NCBI GenBank assembly: GCA_013265495.1
Contig: MU058645.1
Location: 620,001-684,000 of the forward strand
DNA from: Vicugna vicugna
Lineage: Eukaryota
Direction of reading: 5' to 3'
DNA length: 64,000 nucleotides
Shown: piece by piece, positions 1-11,875 of the stretch
Layout: each line of letters starts with the position of its first letter
How positions within the stretch are numbered: position 1 is the stretch's first letter
Translations under genes and position numbers: made by a program
The notes under the pieces: generated by a model
What the model saw: only the letters and a program-made list of their open reading frames with translations
What the model was told of the DNA's origin: nothing
Databases searched by the model: none

Positions 1-529
1 CTCAACCAGCCACCAGGTTTGTAACTATTAGTGTTCCCAACTTGTGGGTGAAGAACACTGCAGTCAAACTAAATGGGTGCTGTGTCTAGACCTTTACCTG
101 CACAGCCTCAAAAGGGATCCTAGCTATTTGTGTCCACCTTTTTATCCCAGGTTACTGCGGTGTCTCCTTCTTGGCAGAACACAGAGGTAACTCTACCTGA
201 TGCCCCAAAAGAGGCCTGTTCCCACTGCCGACCTGCTGCTGCCTCATCAGGCCTTCACCATACTCACTTCTGCACTCTCCAGTTCAGCACACCAGAAACA
301 AGGCGCCCAGAGTGTCACTGGGACAGGAGTGTGGTTCAGGAGGGAGTGTCTTTGCTTGTTCCAGAATTCCACATCGTGCAAGTTTAGCCACTTTGAGCCC
401 TGAAATCTACTTTCCAGCATCAACGTTTGTTCAGGTTTCCCACAGCCGTACCGCCCAGCCTCCCACTGGTCACTTTTGCTCGTACTTATACACACACACA
501 CACAATGGGAATACTACTGAACTGAAAAA

Positions 530-944
530 GACAGTGTCATAAGTGAAATAAGCTAGAAGGAGAAGAAAGATGCCTTATAATATCACTTATATGTGGAATC
601 ATAAAAAAAAAACAGGACACAAATGAACTTATTTACAAAACAAAGTCGGACTCACAGACATAGGAAGCAAACTTACGGTTACCAGGGGTAAGATGGTGGG
701 GAGGGATACACTGGGAGTTCAGGATTTGCAGATGCTAACTACTAGATATGAAACAGGTAAACAGCAAGGTCCTACTGCACAGCACAGCAAGTTATTACAA
801 TACCTTGTAGTAGCCAGTAATGAGAAAGAACATGAAAAGGAATACACACATGTGTGTGTATAACTGAATTACTAGCTTACACCAGAAATTAACACAACAT
901 CGTAATTCGACTATACTTCGATTTAAAAAATAAATAAATAAATA
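530..944 (+). mobile_element. L1 3' end (artiodactyl/camelid-type 3' UTR with A-rich tail), 5'-truncated
   Basis: Typical L1 3' UTR blocks (tcacttatatgtggaatc, acagacatag...ttacc, tataactgaat...cagaaattaacacaac) ending in aaaaaataaataaataaata. Confidence 0.9.
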
Positions 945-945
945 G

Positions 946-1402
946 AATCATATTACTTCCTTGTTGTAAATCCTCTAATGGCTTCCTATCATGTTGGAAT
1001 AACTCCAGATCCAAATCCTTACATGACCTGCAAACCCACCATGAGTTGACCCCTGGTGACCACTTTGACATAACTTCTTACTCCTTCCTCTTGATCCACT
1101 GAGTCCCACCCTTATGTGGATGAAACACGCCAAGCACCTCCCTCACAAGGTGTGTACACTAGCTGTTCCCTCTTCGGAAGTCTACTTCCTCACATACTTG
1201 CATAACTCATTTCTTCAGTTCATTCATGTCTCTGCTCAGCATCACCTCCTCAGAGCCATTTTCTGAGCATCTCCCAATAACTCTGTATCTCCCACCCTCT
1301 TTTATGTTTCTTCCTATAGTTTACCACTGCCTTAGGTCTTGTTATATTGTTTTTGGTAAGTTATTATCTGTCTTCCCAACTAGAATGTAAGTCCCATCAA
1401 GG
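946..1402 (+). mobile_element. L2 LINE 3' fragment
   Basis: Pyrimidine-rich L2-type sequence ending in ctagaatgtaagtcccat, resembling the L2 3' consensus ctagaatgtaagctccatgagg. Confidence 0.8.
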
Positions 1403-3998
1403 CGCTTTTCAATTTTGAGAATATTTGAACGTTCTCAGGAGTTACAAAGCACAGTCAGTAAGGCCCAGGCTGCCAAGAGGAGAGGAGGCAAGCAAGATCA
1501 ATGTGGAACTCCCAAGCCTTGGTCAAGGGGGCTGACGTGAAGGGAGCCAAGAATGCAAAATGGGCCAATGAGACGGGAATAAGGGGAAGTTTCCACCTGA
1601 GTGATACATAGGTACATAGGGCAGACAGATGGTCTCTGGAAATGCAGCTGGTTTCTGCCCTCAGCTGCTGATAGAGCAAGACTTGAAAGGCAATGTCTCT
1701 CTAAGGAATCCCGGAATCAGTCATCACTGGTCTTTCTTACAAGCTCAAATTCTAAAGTCATGACCCCCAAAATTCTGATTCAGTGATCCCGGATGGGACC
1801 AGGACGCTGCCGCTTTGTAAGTGCTCGGGGTGAGTCTGAGATGTACGGTTTCTGGGACACTTAGAAAACACCCACCCTCAGGGAGGTCTAATTGTGGGGC
1901 TGTGCAACCAGCAAAGCCATCCATCACTCCATGCAGCTGAATAGGAGCTAATAAATTGGATCTGGTTGTGTGGAACTGGGGGTGGCTTCAGTCCACAGCT
2001 GGTACCCAGAGACTTCTCATGAGCCTCAACCATGACTCGTCTTCCCACTCTGGACTTCTGTAAGCTGGTGCCATTGCCAGTCTCAGGGTCCTCTGATTCC
2101 CAGCTTGGCATGAGCAAGTGAACTCAGATCTTCCCCAAAAATTTAAAAAAAAAAAAAAGGAGAGGAAACCATGTCTGCTGAGACAGCATCACATTGATGA
2201 GCAGCCTCACTCCTTTCTAAAGGCTCAAAAGAGTATTAGCTGCATTGTGTCCCCCTCTCAACTCTAACCGCCCCCAATCCTGTGTCTACCAACTAACCTC
2301 AAAATATGGAAATACCAGCAACATACTGAATGCACGGGGCCAGCCGGAAGGGAAGAGGATGTGAGTGTACCTGGCAGGTAAGCACTCAGAAGAAGGTGAT
2401 AGAGGACAGGGCACCAATGAAACTCTCTCTTCAAGTGAGAAGTAACTGTTACACTGAGTGTAACACCATCTGTGAGGCTGTAAGACATTAATATCGGGAG
2501 GCAGGTCCTATTCTGATCAGCTAGAAAATGCACCAGCTAATAGGACCACCAGAGCCATGACCTGGCATCTCAAACGTCCCTTTTGGGGGAAGAGTACGAC
2601 CTAGACATTGTTTGTGTAGAGCCTCCCACTGCTCGGGGATCTCTGCCCACACACGCACTGCAACAGAACCCTCCAGGCCGTCCTTCCATTGTTTTCTCCA
2701 CTCCATCCTCAACCTGAAGTTGGAAGAGCTCACCTCAAGCCTTTGGGTCCATCCCCATCCACCCCGTCTCAGGCTCACATCCCCTGGCAGGACCTCTCTC
2801 ACCTCATCAGGGCCCAGAAGAGCATCTGAGCAGCCAGCAGCAGTGAGGCACCTGGCACGTGGGGGCAGAAAGGAGCTGGGACCTGGGCACCGTTTCGGCT
2901 CTGCCCAGAACCACTCAACGGAACGCTGACTCAGGGTGAATTTCTCTAGGAAAACAAGCTAATTTGTTTCATTTTAAAAGTACAGTTTTTCTCTACAGAG
3001 TCAAGTAAGCCTTGGTCTGTGTTCACAGGTGGAGGGAAGTCACTCCCCCTTGCCTGAGGGGCTCACACCCTGCTCCCCTGCCATCCTGTGAACCACACTG
3101 CTCTTTAAAAAAAGGCTCCCAGTCTTTTCCAGGACATGAAAGATAAACCCTTGGAGTCTTTTACAGCCTCCATCCTCCTATTATTCCCTCGTTATCTGGG
3201 GGTTGCGGTCTTTGGATTGTCGTTACTAAATTCAGCACAGGATCTCACCTGATTTTCATCTTAAACTCCTCAAACAGCTTTATCCACACAGAGAGATCAT
3301 ACAAAGATGATATGAAAGATGTCAAGATCATTTGCTGATCAAGGAAGTAATTTGCTAAAAGTGGACTTCTGTGAAATCTAACTGTTCATGGTTTAAGAAA
3401 ATCCCTCGGCTTTTCTTTCTAAGCAAAAACTACCAACACTCATCAAAAGCCAATTCGTTTTCAGGGTGTGATGGTTTCTGAGCCATAATGACTACGGTTT
3501 CCTTGCTGCAAATTGTGCTTCTGCTCAGCCTGGAGTCATGTCCCCTGTACATGGGCCTCAAAGGAGGTAGACCAGAAGGCTCTGCAGTGTTCTGCCAGGT
3601 GCATGGTGAGCTTGACTTAATTCTCAGGAGAGCACATGCATTGTATTCAACTGTCTCATCGTCACCCACACAGGTAAAAGCACATTTCAATGCTGAAAGT
3701 TCACTTAAAGTAATAACTAGCCCTCTGACAGCATTTTTATTAAAATCAGTAAATAGATCATATCCATTAATCAGGCAAAGCTTCAGTCTGGAGATTTGCA
3801 CACAGCAGGTGCTTAGATAATACGCATTTCCCTTCCCTTTTCTTATAATTTGCATCAATTCTATTTGACATATATTTTTGATATGTTCCTGCTGTGGAGG
3901 AATTCAGCTTCCTGCCTTGTGGTTTTAGTAATTAAATTTCAAGGAAAGAAAATACACACAAATCTACTAGCCATTATTATTGCTACTGTAATCATTAT

Positions 3999-4032
3999 CA
4001 TCCTCATCCTCATCCTCATCCTCACCCTCACC
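3999..4032. repeat. (CATCCT)4 hexamer tandem repeat with degenerate CACCCT units
   Basis: Read directly from sequence; it explains the acidic EDEDED run in minus ORF 3967-4218. Confidence 0.9.
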
Positions 4033-5186
4033 ATTACCCTCACTTTCTTGGTAATTATGTATTCCAACACACTTCTCAATGGAAACGGGGAATTTTTCCC
4101 CAGAACTTCCTTTCTTTTTTATAAAGCCTTGGGTACAGTTTTCAATCAATACAGAAAATGAAATCTCAGCTTTCTGCGGGCCTTGATATTTTAAGACTCT
4201 TTGACAAATTCCCCACATTCCTACTGATTGTTCTCTTTCCCAACATTATTCAGAAATGCCAATTAGTTTCCTCTGAAATCCAGCTGTCTGATAGAAGCGT
4301 GTGAAATACTTCATTTCCCTGGTAATGCCTATGGATTTCTTTGCATCACACAAGGAGACTAAACAAGGCCTCCTGCGAATTCCTGTTACCTCTAGCTTTT
4401 GGTCAACCAAGAAGATGTTCTCCTGGGAACCCATTAAAAGACCAGAGTGTTAAAGTCCACAGCTCAGCTGCCTGACAAGGAATGACTTCTACCTCCCGGC
4501 ACAGCAGTGCTTGCCCTGTAGTCTGAATTCTGTCCTACATGGAAAGGCGTTTGTCCAGCAGCCTCATCTCATCACTCTCCTGTGACTCCCAGAAGAGGCT
4601 ATGTTTGCCTTCAGCATCTCTTTGGACCAATTTAAAGGCTGACATCATGACTCTTCCTTTTGTCTCTCCAAGTACTGATTTTCAAAGCCTCTTTTTTCAT
4701 TTTGCATTTGACGTGTAAGGAAAAGCAAGTGCTATTTAAAATACCTGTTGGAGAGGTAATACAATTTGTGACTCATTAAATCTATGCACGATTTCCCAAG
4801 GCTTTCCCAATTCTGAACTGTTACATGCAGTGAAACAACTTGACTGTCTTTAACTACCCTTGATTGTTGTCTAATACTGCAAGACACTGCTCAGCTTCCC
4901 TGGTTACATTATTCAGAAAGATTGCATTAAATGCATCCTATATTTTTGGATACCTGGTAAACTCTAAAACGGTGACACCTTTGATCTTGTGACAAGAACT
5001 TGCGTCTCATGCATTAGCCACAAAACAGTCTCCACAAATTGCAAAGTGCTCATCATGGGCAGCTGGGGACTGAGGATTCCTTCTCTGGCCACTGTGGCTT
5101 CGGAAATCCAGCTCTGATTTCCCAGCCTTGTCTTTAATCTCTTCTGACAATCTTCAGGACTTGTAGTGCGTCATCACGGCATGGCT

Positions 5187-5228
5187 TCACACTACAGAGA
5201 GTTCTTCCTCATCTTTGCCACTATTTGA
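5187..5228 (-). other. Candidate exon F (putative terminal exon; phase 0 reads SNSGKDEEELSVV*)
   Basis: Minus-strand acceptor gctaactcctgtctgcag|TCA with a branch-point-like CTAAC. No homology recognised. Confidence 0.2.
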
Positions 5229-5879
5229 CTGCAGACAGGAGTTAGCATGCTACAATTTCAAAAACTAGACACCCACAACATTTGAGCCCAGCTTTAAAGG
5301 ACGTTCCTTCACACGTCTATAGGGGTCTCTGAAAGAACCAGCTTATTTCTTAGTCCAGAGTCATTTTTCCTGGCTCCTGCAAAATACTGAGTTTACCCTT
5401 TCCTAGTCTGAATTTGTACTCCTTCAGTTGCTGGAGAAATCTCTTCTCACATTTGAAACTGATGTCTTCTCCTGGGTCCTCCTTCGTATATTTTAGAAAC
5501 CCTCATCACGTGGCATCTAGCGCCTACTCAGTAAATATTTGTTGAATGAGCAAGGAACTGTAAGGTCCATCAAACAGCAGCAAGAGCAGAAGAAGGACTG
5601 GGTTGGTTACATACTCTGAGGAAGCTAAAATCCCCCTTTTTGTGCAAGACATGAGCAAACTGAGACTAACACAGTGATGATTCTAAATGATAAAAGATGT
5701 CAAAGAAGGGAAAGACTATAGGAAGCCTGGGCCTTCTAGAAAGGTTTTAGAAAAAGGAATACATTCAAGCAGAATTTGATCATATTTCAATGGGTAGGGA
5801 AGAGACAAGAATTCAAGGGAAGAACAATTCAAGAACCACAGAGAAGTAGAAAATAGTTTGAAAACTATTTAACTTACTA

Positions 5880-6045
5880 GATGTCTAACTTTGGAAATAA
5901 GCTCTCTTGCCTTCATTTTTCTCATCGCTTAAATAAAAACAACAGTGCTTACATCATGGGTGGTTGTGAGTAGTTAATAAGACAATTTATGTAGGATTTA
6001 ACACGATGGCTGGTAGTAATAATAAATAGTAACTATCACTGTTGT
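5880..6045 (+). mobile_element. MIR SINE
   Basis: Degenerate MIR core (ttttctcatc...taaa...aacagtgcttacatcatgggtggttgtgag...taataag). Confidence 0.75.
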
Positions 6046-6161
6046 TTTTATGAACAGTGATAGTGTTCAGACAGGGAACACCACCAGCCTGGTGGATTAA
6101 ATGTTTCAAACGGGCCACAGAGGGAAATAAAACCAGTGAAGTCACATCCATGTGAAGGTAC

Positions 6162-6220
6162 TTGAATGGGACTGTGAATGGAGAAAGTTGATTCTGTACG
6201 CAGGGATTTATTATATATTC
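6162..6220 (-). other. Candidate exon E
   Basis: Strong minus acceptor tttatttctttttcag|GAA. The donor CAA|gtacct is weak, so the 3' boundary is uncertain. Confidence 0.15.
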
Positions 6221-6500
6221 CTGAAAAAGAAATAAACATTATTGTCACCTTTTTTTTGAAGAAAGGAGTGAACTTTGTGGCACTGAATATGGGAGATGAA
6301 CCTTGCATTATCTGAATATCTGCTAAGCGATTGGTGCGTTGACATACAGTATCACATTTATTTCCTTGCGAGATGTAACCAGAACAAGTGCTAGAATGAA
6401 GATCCAAGCATGCAAGGTCCCAAACCCAATTTCTTCCTAAACGTCAGTGTTGCCTTCTAAACTGAAGGTCCCTTCTCAGATTAAAACTTGTGCCGGGTCA

Positions 6501-6703
6501 TTGTGGGTCAGCACCAATTGCAGCCCATGGACCAAATTCTGTCACTGCAAATAAAATTGTATTGGAACACAGCCTCACCCACGTGTTATCGGCTGCTTGT
6601 GTGCTTCAACACCAGAGCTGAGCAGTTGCAGCAGTCATAGACCAGCAAGGCCTCAAATGTTTACTAGCTGTGACCCTTTGCAACAAAAGTTTGCCTACTC
6701 CTG
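6501..6703 (+). mobile_element. MER58A-like hAT-Charlie MITE
   Basis: aataaaattgtattggaacacagcc...gagctgagcagttgc...aatgtttacta...aaagtttgcctactcctg matches the MER58A layout. Confidence 0.85.
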
Positions 6704-6744
6704 GGCTAAAAGATGGTCAGACCCTTCTAAACCATCTCACCTCT

Positions 6745-7250
6745 CTGTATCGTCTCTTACTCAATCCAAGCACGTTTTCTAGTTTGGTTCATATGATTTC
6801 CCTGTAAAAATTCTCAAAAGCTCCCCATTGATATCAACACAAAATCCAGCCTCCTTAGGTAATAGTCAGAGGCTGTCATAATGTCTCTGCTTACTTCCAG
6901 CCTTCTTCCATACGACCTCCTCCTCATGACCTTCCCACCTGCCAGCTCAGTTCTAGCTTAGCTCTTGTTCACCCAAGATGCACGCATGCCAGTTCTGCTG
7001 GGTGCCATTCTGTCCATCCTGCAAAGTCCAGATCAAATGTCAGCTCCTCCAACCAACCCTCCTGTCTCACTTCTCCTCCAGTCACTATCAAAATTTCCTT
7101 CTTCCCAATTCAAGCATCTTTGTTTTCTACGTATTTTTACATCTCATTTCCCCTGTTAGACTGTAAGTTCTTGAGGACAGGTCATTTTTACCTCCCCTAC
7201 TATTAAGCATGTTATAGGTACATAATACATTTTTATAAATGTACTGATTG
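6745..7250 (+). mobile_element. L2 LINE 3' fragment
   Basis: Pyrimidine-rich L2 body ending with ttagactgtaagttcttgaggacagg. Confidence 0.7.
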
Positions 7251-7408
7251 TATCAATTTCAGATAATAATATAGAGCCATATTTATATAACACAAATATA
7301 AAATATAAAGACTTTTACATTCCTAAATTTTATTCACTATTTCCTCCACACCCATAAGGAAAATTTAAATGTAGCTTCCTGTGCATTTTATCTTGTCTAG
7401 AATTTTAC

Positions 7409-7592
7409 CCATTATCTTAATAAGGGAAGACATATCTTTAAAGTCACACATTGTACTGGACCAGGTATCCTGTTGTTCTTGCCAAATAACATTAAAGATG
7501 ACAAGCATGAGGTAGTAAGTCATGGCGAAGATTCCTTCTGCAAATCTGTGATAGCCATCCATTCTTAATAGTAACTCATTCTTGACCAGCAC
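7409..7592 (-). other. Candidate exon D (184 nt; one open frame, VLVKNELLLRMDGYHRFAEGIFAMTYYLMLVIFNVIWQ...)
   Basis: Acceptor ttggctctag|GTG and moderate donor G|gtaaaa. The other two frames contain stops. No homology recognised. Confidence 0.2.
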
Positions 7593-8004
7593 CTAGAGCC
7601 AACCATCCTTTATTAAAAATATTATTAGTACAACTGAAAATATGTTGAAAAGCTCATATTTAATCATCTAACCTCCTCATTTTTCATAGAATTTTATTTA
7701 ACACTTTGCTAATAGTATTTGACTTTATTTTCTTGGTTACGAGATTTCTAAAATTTCACTTCATTTTTATGATTTACAACTACTGAAAACCAAATATGTC
7801 ATACCCATTCTGATTCTAACACATTAGTCAAAGGCTTTTATATAAAATGTCTATACATCAGAAAACATTGTAGAAAATACACTTATTTTAGTAAAAATCT
7901 ATATATCCAGGAACCCAGAAAAGTAGAATTTTAAAATTATTTAGCAAAAAAGTCTGCTTGTCCCTTTTACTTCTGCTGGCAAGGAAATAGAAATACTTCT
8001 TTAT

Positions 8005-8008
<4 letters not shown>

Positions 8009-8041
<33 letters not shown>
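8009..8041. repeat. (AC)n microsatellite, about 16 units
   Basis: Read directly from sequence. Confidence 0.95.
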
Positions 8042-8042
<1 letters not shown>

Positions 8043-8122
8043 CTAGGCCTTTTGGGCCAGGATATGATGGGAAAGGGGTGCAAGAAGACTTATGGAGACT
8101 TGGGAAAAGCTCTCCCTAGACC

Positions 8123-8617
8123 ATTATGACAATGACTTTCATGTGTTAACATAACTAAGCCAAGGGATGACCAGATATCTGACTAAACGTTATTTCTGGG
8201 TGTGTCTGTGAGGATGTTTGGAAGAAATTAGTATTTGAATTGGAGGACTGAGCAAAGCAGATGATCCTCCCCAGTGTGAATGGGACTCATCCAATCTGTT
8301 GAAGGGCCTGAAGAGGACATAAAGACAAGGACGCTTGAATTCTCTCTCTGCCTGTTCGCTGAGATGGGCACCTGGATCTCCTGCCGTTGGTGCTCCTGGT
8401 GCGCAGGCTTTCAGACTCGACGTGGAGGCTACACCATTCACTCCCTCGTTTGCAGGCCTTCAAACTACAGCATCAGCCTTCCTGGGCCTTCAGCTTGAAG
8501 ATGGCAGATCATGGAATGTCTCAGCTTCCAAAATCATCTGACCTAATATCTTACAATAAATGTCTTTCAATAGACAGATATCCAACTGATTCTGTTTCTC
8601 TGGAGAATCTTTACTGT
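8123..8617 (+). mobile_element. MLT2 (ERVL) solo LTR
   Basis: tttcatgtgttaac...atttctgggtgtgtctgtgagg...catccaatctgttgaagggcctgaa...ttctgtttctctggagaa follows the MLT2 consensus. Confidence 0.9.
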
Positions 8618-8619
8618 TA

Positions 8620-8940
8620 TACCATAATTTCCAGGATTGCTGGAAAGATGTAGTTCTGTTTGCCTAGAAGCCCAGTGAACCTAACGTGAGACCCTGACTT
8701 CTCTTTGAAGTTTGGACCTTGTCAGAACGTCTGTATTGATGTGATGCTAGAGACCTTCAAGGGAAAAAAGAAGCCAAGGGAGCAAAATTTGGGGAAGTTT
8801 GGACTCTTGGTACAGCCCAGGCTTACCCATTAGGAGGGTTATATTCAATCACTCACTGGTGGGAGGGAAAGTGTCTCTCAAGTGCAAGGGAGGCAAGAAG
8901 GTGAGGCTTACCCAATCCTCCTGGTGGGCTTGCCGAAGAT
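8620..8940 (-). mobile_element. ERV1 5' leader remnant (PBS-like motif and splice donors)
   Basis: On minus, tcttcggcaagcccaccaggagg follows the LTR end and resembles the tttggcgagccagccagga start of MER4-group internal regions. Donors G|gtaagc occur twice and A|gtgagt once. Left boundary uncertain. Confidence 0.55.
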
Positions 8941-9578
8941 TTTTCAGGCAGTTAGGTTCTTGCCACACTGCAGAAAAAATTCAGAGATGAAACATGGATG
9001 TTAAGAAAGTAAAGTGAGAGTTTCTTAAGGGGTAGATAGTACACAGTCAAGGGGAGGCCAGCAGGCTCCGGCGCGCAGCTGTGCTGTTTCTTTGGCAAGC
9101 TCGTTACATAGGGTGAAAAAATGAATGGGCAGAATATTCATTGGGGAGGGAAGGATTTGGGGTCATAGTCCCTGATTTTTATCCCAGCTCCACCTTCTTG
9201 AGGGGAGGGGGGATTTTTGTTCGTATTTAGTTCAGGTTGGAAGTGTCATGGCCTCAGTGCATGATGGGTACTTTTAATCTGCAAGGCTAATTTTATTGTA
9301 ATGAGGGCATGATAAGGAAAAGGTTACATTAGGCATCAGAGATTCCTGCTTTCTCCCACCTTTTTTTGCCTGCCTCCAGGGCACCTGTCTCCCCAAAATG
9401 TGTGATTTCTCATCAGCCCTGAGGTTTCTGCTTCTCTCTGTCTTCCCAAGGACCCCGCTGTGCACACCATGTATAGTTTCCTGCATTTGGCTTGTGGCCT
9501 TCTTTTTCTGCCCATTCCTGCTATCTGGTTGGCGTCCTCCTTTCTCTGCTCACGCCTAGTTATCTGCCCGCTCTAACA
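8941..9578 (-). mobile_element. ERV1 LTR (MER4-group/MER50-like)
   Basis: Minus strand begins TGTTAGAGCGGGCAGATAACTAGG, similar to MER50-type LTR starts, and has a U5-like end (gttaggttcttgccacact...gaaaaaattcagag). Confidence 0.7.
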
Positions 9579-10039
9579 GCACTATGAGGCTGAGGCTGAG
9601 GCTGAGATCCCTCCTGGGTGTGGACACCGTGAAATCGTGGGCATGTCTTGGGAAGATCATTATAAATGCAATAAAGATCAGTAATATTGAGAATGGGGCA
9701 CAGAGCGAACTACTGGACATTCCCGGCTCTCTCTACTCTCTCCTTGTCAAACCTGCACACTGAGAAGCTACTGCCGGACCTGGCATAGCCAGTGAGCATG
9801 ATCAGCACGGTCTCCCCGCAGTGGACAGTGTGGCAGCCAGGCTGGCTAGGTCATTTCTAGGTCAACGGTGGCAGGAATTACAAATGAGAAAGACTGAGTC
9901 CCCGTGGCGCCTTGAGCAAGGCTTCCAGTTTTCCCGACTGTGGCACCAAGCGTCCAGTTCTGACATCGGACTGCCCTGGAGAGCGGGGAGAGGCAGAAGG
10001 GGGGAAGGAGGACCCCAAAGGGAAGGAAGTCGCCCTTAC

Positions 10040-10400
10040 GGGAAGTGAAATGGACTCCAGGAATCATTTAATTTGAATATTAGATGCTATAAAAGCCCAA
10101 AGTGAGGGGTGCTTTCTTTTAATTAAATAGTTTACCTGTAGTAAAAACAACGCAATTGCCCTTGGCGCAAAGCCAGCTGTCTCAGCGATGCTCCCCGTGA
10201 GGTGTTGTTTTGGGATCACCACGAATTTCTCACTGCTTCACGGAATAATACATCCATCCTTCGGACCAATTACTGACCACTGAATTTATGCCATTATCAG
10301 GTCCATATTATATTGCTAATCATTATTTCCACATTCATTACTATTTCATGATTTACAAACTTTCAAATTATGTATCATATCGATGGGCAGGCCAAAGCAC
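10040..10400. promoter_or_regulatory. Candidate enhancer (repeat-free; NFI, PBX-HOX and homeodomain motifs)
   Basis: TTGGC-N5-GCCAG at 10162-10176, TGATTTAC at 10349-10356, several TAAT/ATTA cores. Conservation not tested. Confidence 0.35.
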
Positions 10401-10482
10401 GTTCTCCCAGGTCAGGGTGCTTGGGCTATGCTCGGAGATTCTTGGGTGATCTGACAAGTGAAAAACGGTAACACATACTCAC

Positions 10483-10510
10483 CGTAACATAGTGCATTTT
10501 AGACTATCAG
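10483..10510 (-). other. Candidate 28-nt micro-exon
   Basis: Long pyrimidine tract ...ttttctttgtcc...tttttag|CTG and a consensus donor ACG|gtgagt. Confidence 0.3.
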
Positions 10511-11784
10511 CTAAAAATTGGTTTTTAAAAAAAAGGACAAAGAAAAGACCTTGAAGAGTGGGCAGGTATGAATGGGCACTGGAATCCAGTCAGTAGGAAA
10601 AGATTGCAGAACTGAAAGGTCAGACAGTAGGAACCATGACCTTCACACAAGCAGAGGCTTCTGAAGTGAAGCAGGCTGAGAGACGAGCAGACTCTCTTTC
10701 CCTCCTGTGGGAGATTTTCTTCCATTTTTGACAGCTAGGCAACCAAGTTCTTAAGTAAACAAATAAATAAGGCACTATTAGTGAGCCCAAGTCTTCCATT
10801 CAGGGCCAAGAAGCTTCCTTCGTCTCAACTAAAGTCTCCATTTTTATCTGTCGGCATTAAGAAAAGAGAAAGATTATCCACTCGATGGCAGCTGCCAGCC
10901 AATTAACACCTGACACCAAGCAGTAAGTCATATCACAGATTTTATTGACAATCCGTAGGACATTATCTTCCCAGTGACACTTGGCATGGCCTTTAACTCC
11001 AAATGGCTTAAAAAAGGTTCAAGTGCAGCAATTCAGAAGCTGCCCCAATTCTAGAGCATGACACATCCTGGCAAATCAAGCGAGGGCCAAGCACACTACG
11101 GAAGGGGCGCACTAGCTGGAAATACAACTACGGTTGATTAAGTACCACCCAACACCTCGCGCATACACAATCTATTTTTAACAACCATATTTAAAATTCA
11201 GTTGAACTCGATTTCCTTTCTCAAGAGTTCATTATTCCTATCCTGTTTTTTTTTCCCCAGAGAAAAATCAAATGTTCTATAATGCATTTTGTGTAGAACA
11301 CTGTTTTAACACCACAGAAAATTCCGTTAAATGTCAGAAGAATTTAAAGCCTCGTTGTTGAAAATCACAGGCTCAGGATGTTACGAGTATTTAGGTCTTT
11401 GGAAACTTTAATAACCAATGAGTGTGAAAATCTTTTGCAAGTCTTTATTTGGCTGCAGAAATATGATATGATCACTAGTTTATTAAAAGAAACCAGTAAT
11501 TATGCATGTGAAACCAGGGACAGATTTGGAATGCTTTTACTTGGGTGCCATGTAAGCATTTATTCCCATATATTCTCATGCATTTCCAAAATATAAGCAT
11601 TTATTTTCACTCATTCATTCAGTCTACTAAATAGTAATGTCTGTAGGATTGTTAACATAATTTGCTGTCTTGCGTTATCCTGTGATTACTTAAGATACTG
11701 AAAGAAATTCAGAGGCAGAATTTTTGATCTGGAGGATGTGGAAGTGGAGACTTCAGGAGACATCGAAAGGAGTTCAACACGGGT

Positions 11785-11875
11785 TAAACACACACGGGCA
11801 TGCACACACATACACACACATGCCTGTCTACACACCCGTGTGCTCACACGTGCATGTGCACGGAGACACACCATG
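11785..11875. repeat. Degenerate CA/TG-rich simple repeat
   Basis: acacacacgggcatgcacacacatacacacaca...; it explains ORFs 11686-11874 and 11738-11932. Confidence 0.8.

Noticed and set aside
281-307. REST/NRSE site
   Set aside because: Only the left half (ttcagcac) matches; the GGACAG half is absent. A partial right-half match near 52585-52605 is also insufficient.
2366-2380. U1 snRNA-like tacctggcagg
   Set aside because: 11-nt match only.
2446-2464. Short perfect hairpins (tgttacac-tga-gtgtaaca; also 19421-19439 and about 31257-31273)
   Set aside because: Stems of 7-8 bp are expected several times in 64 kb by chance.
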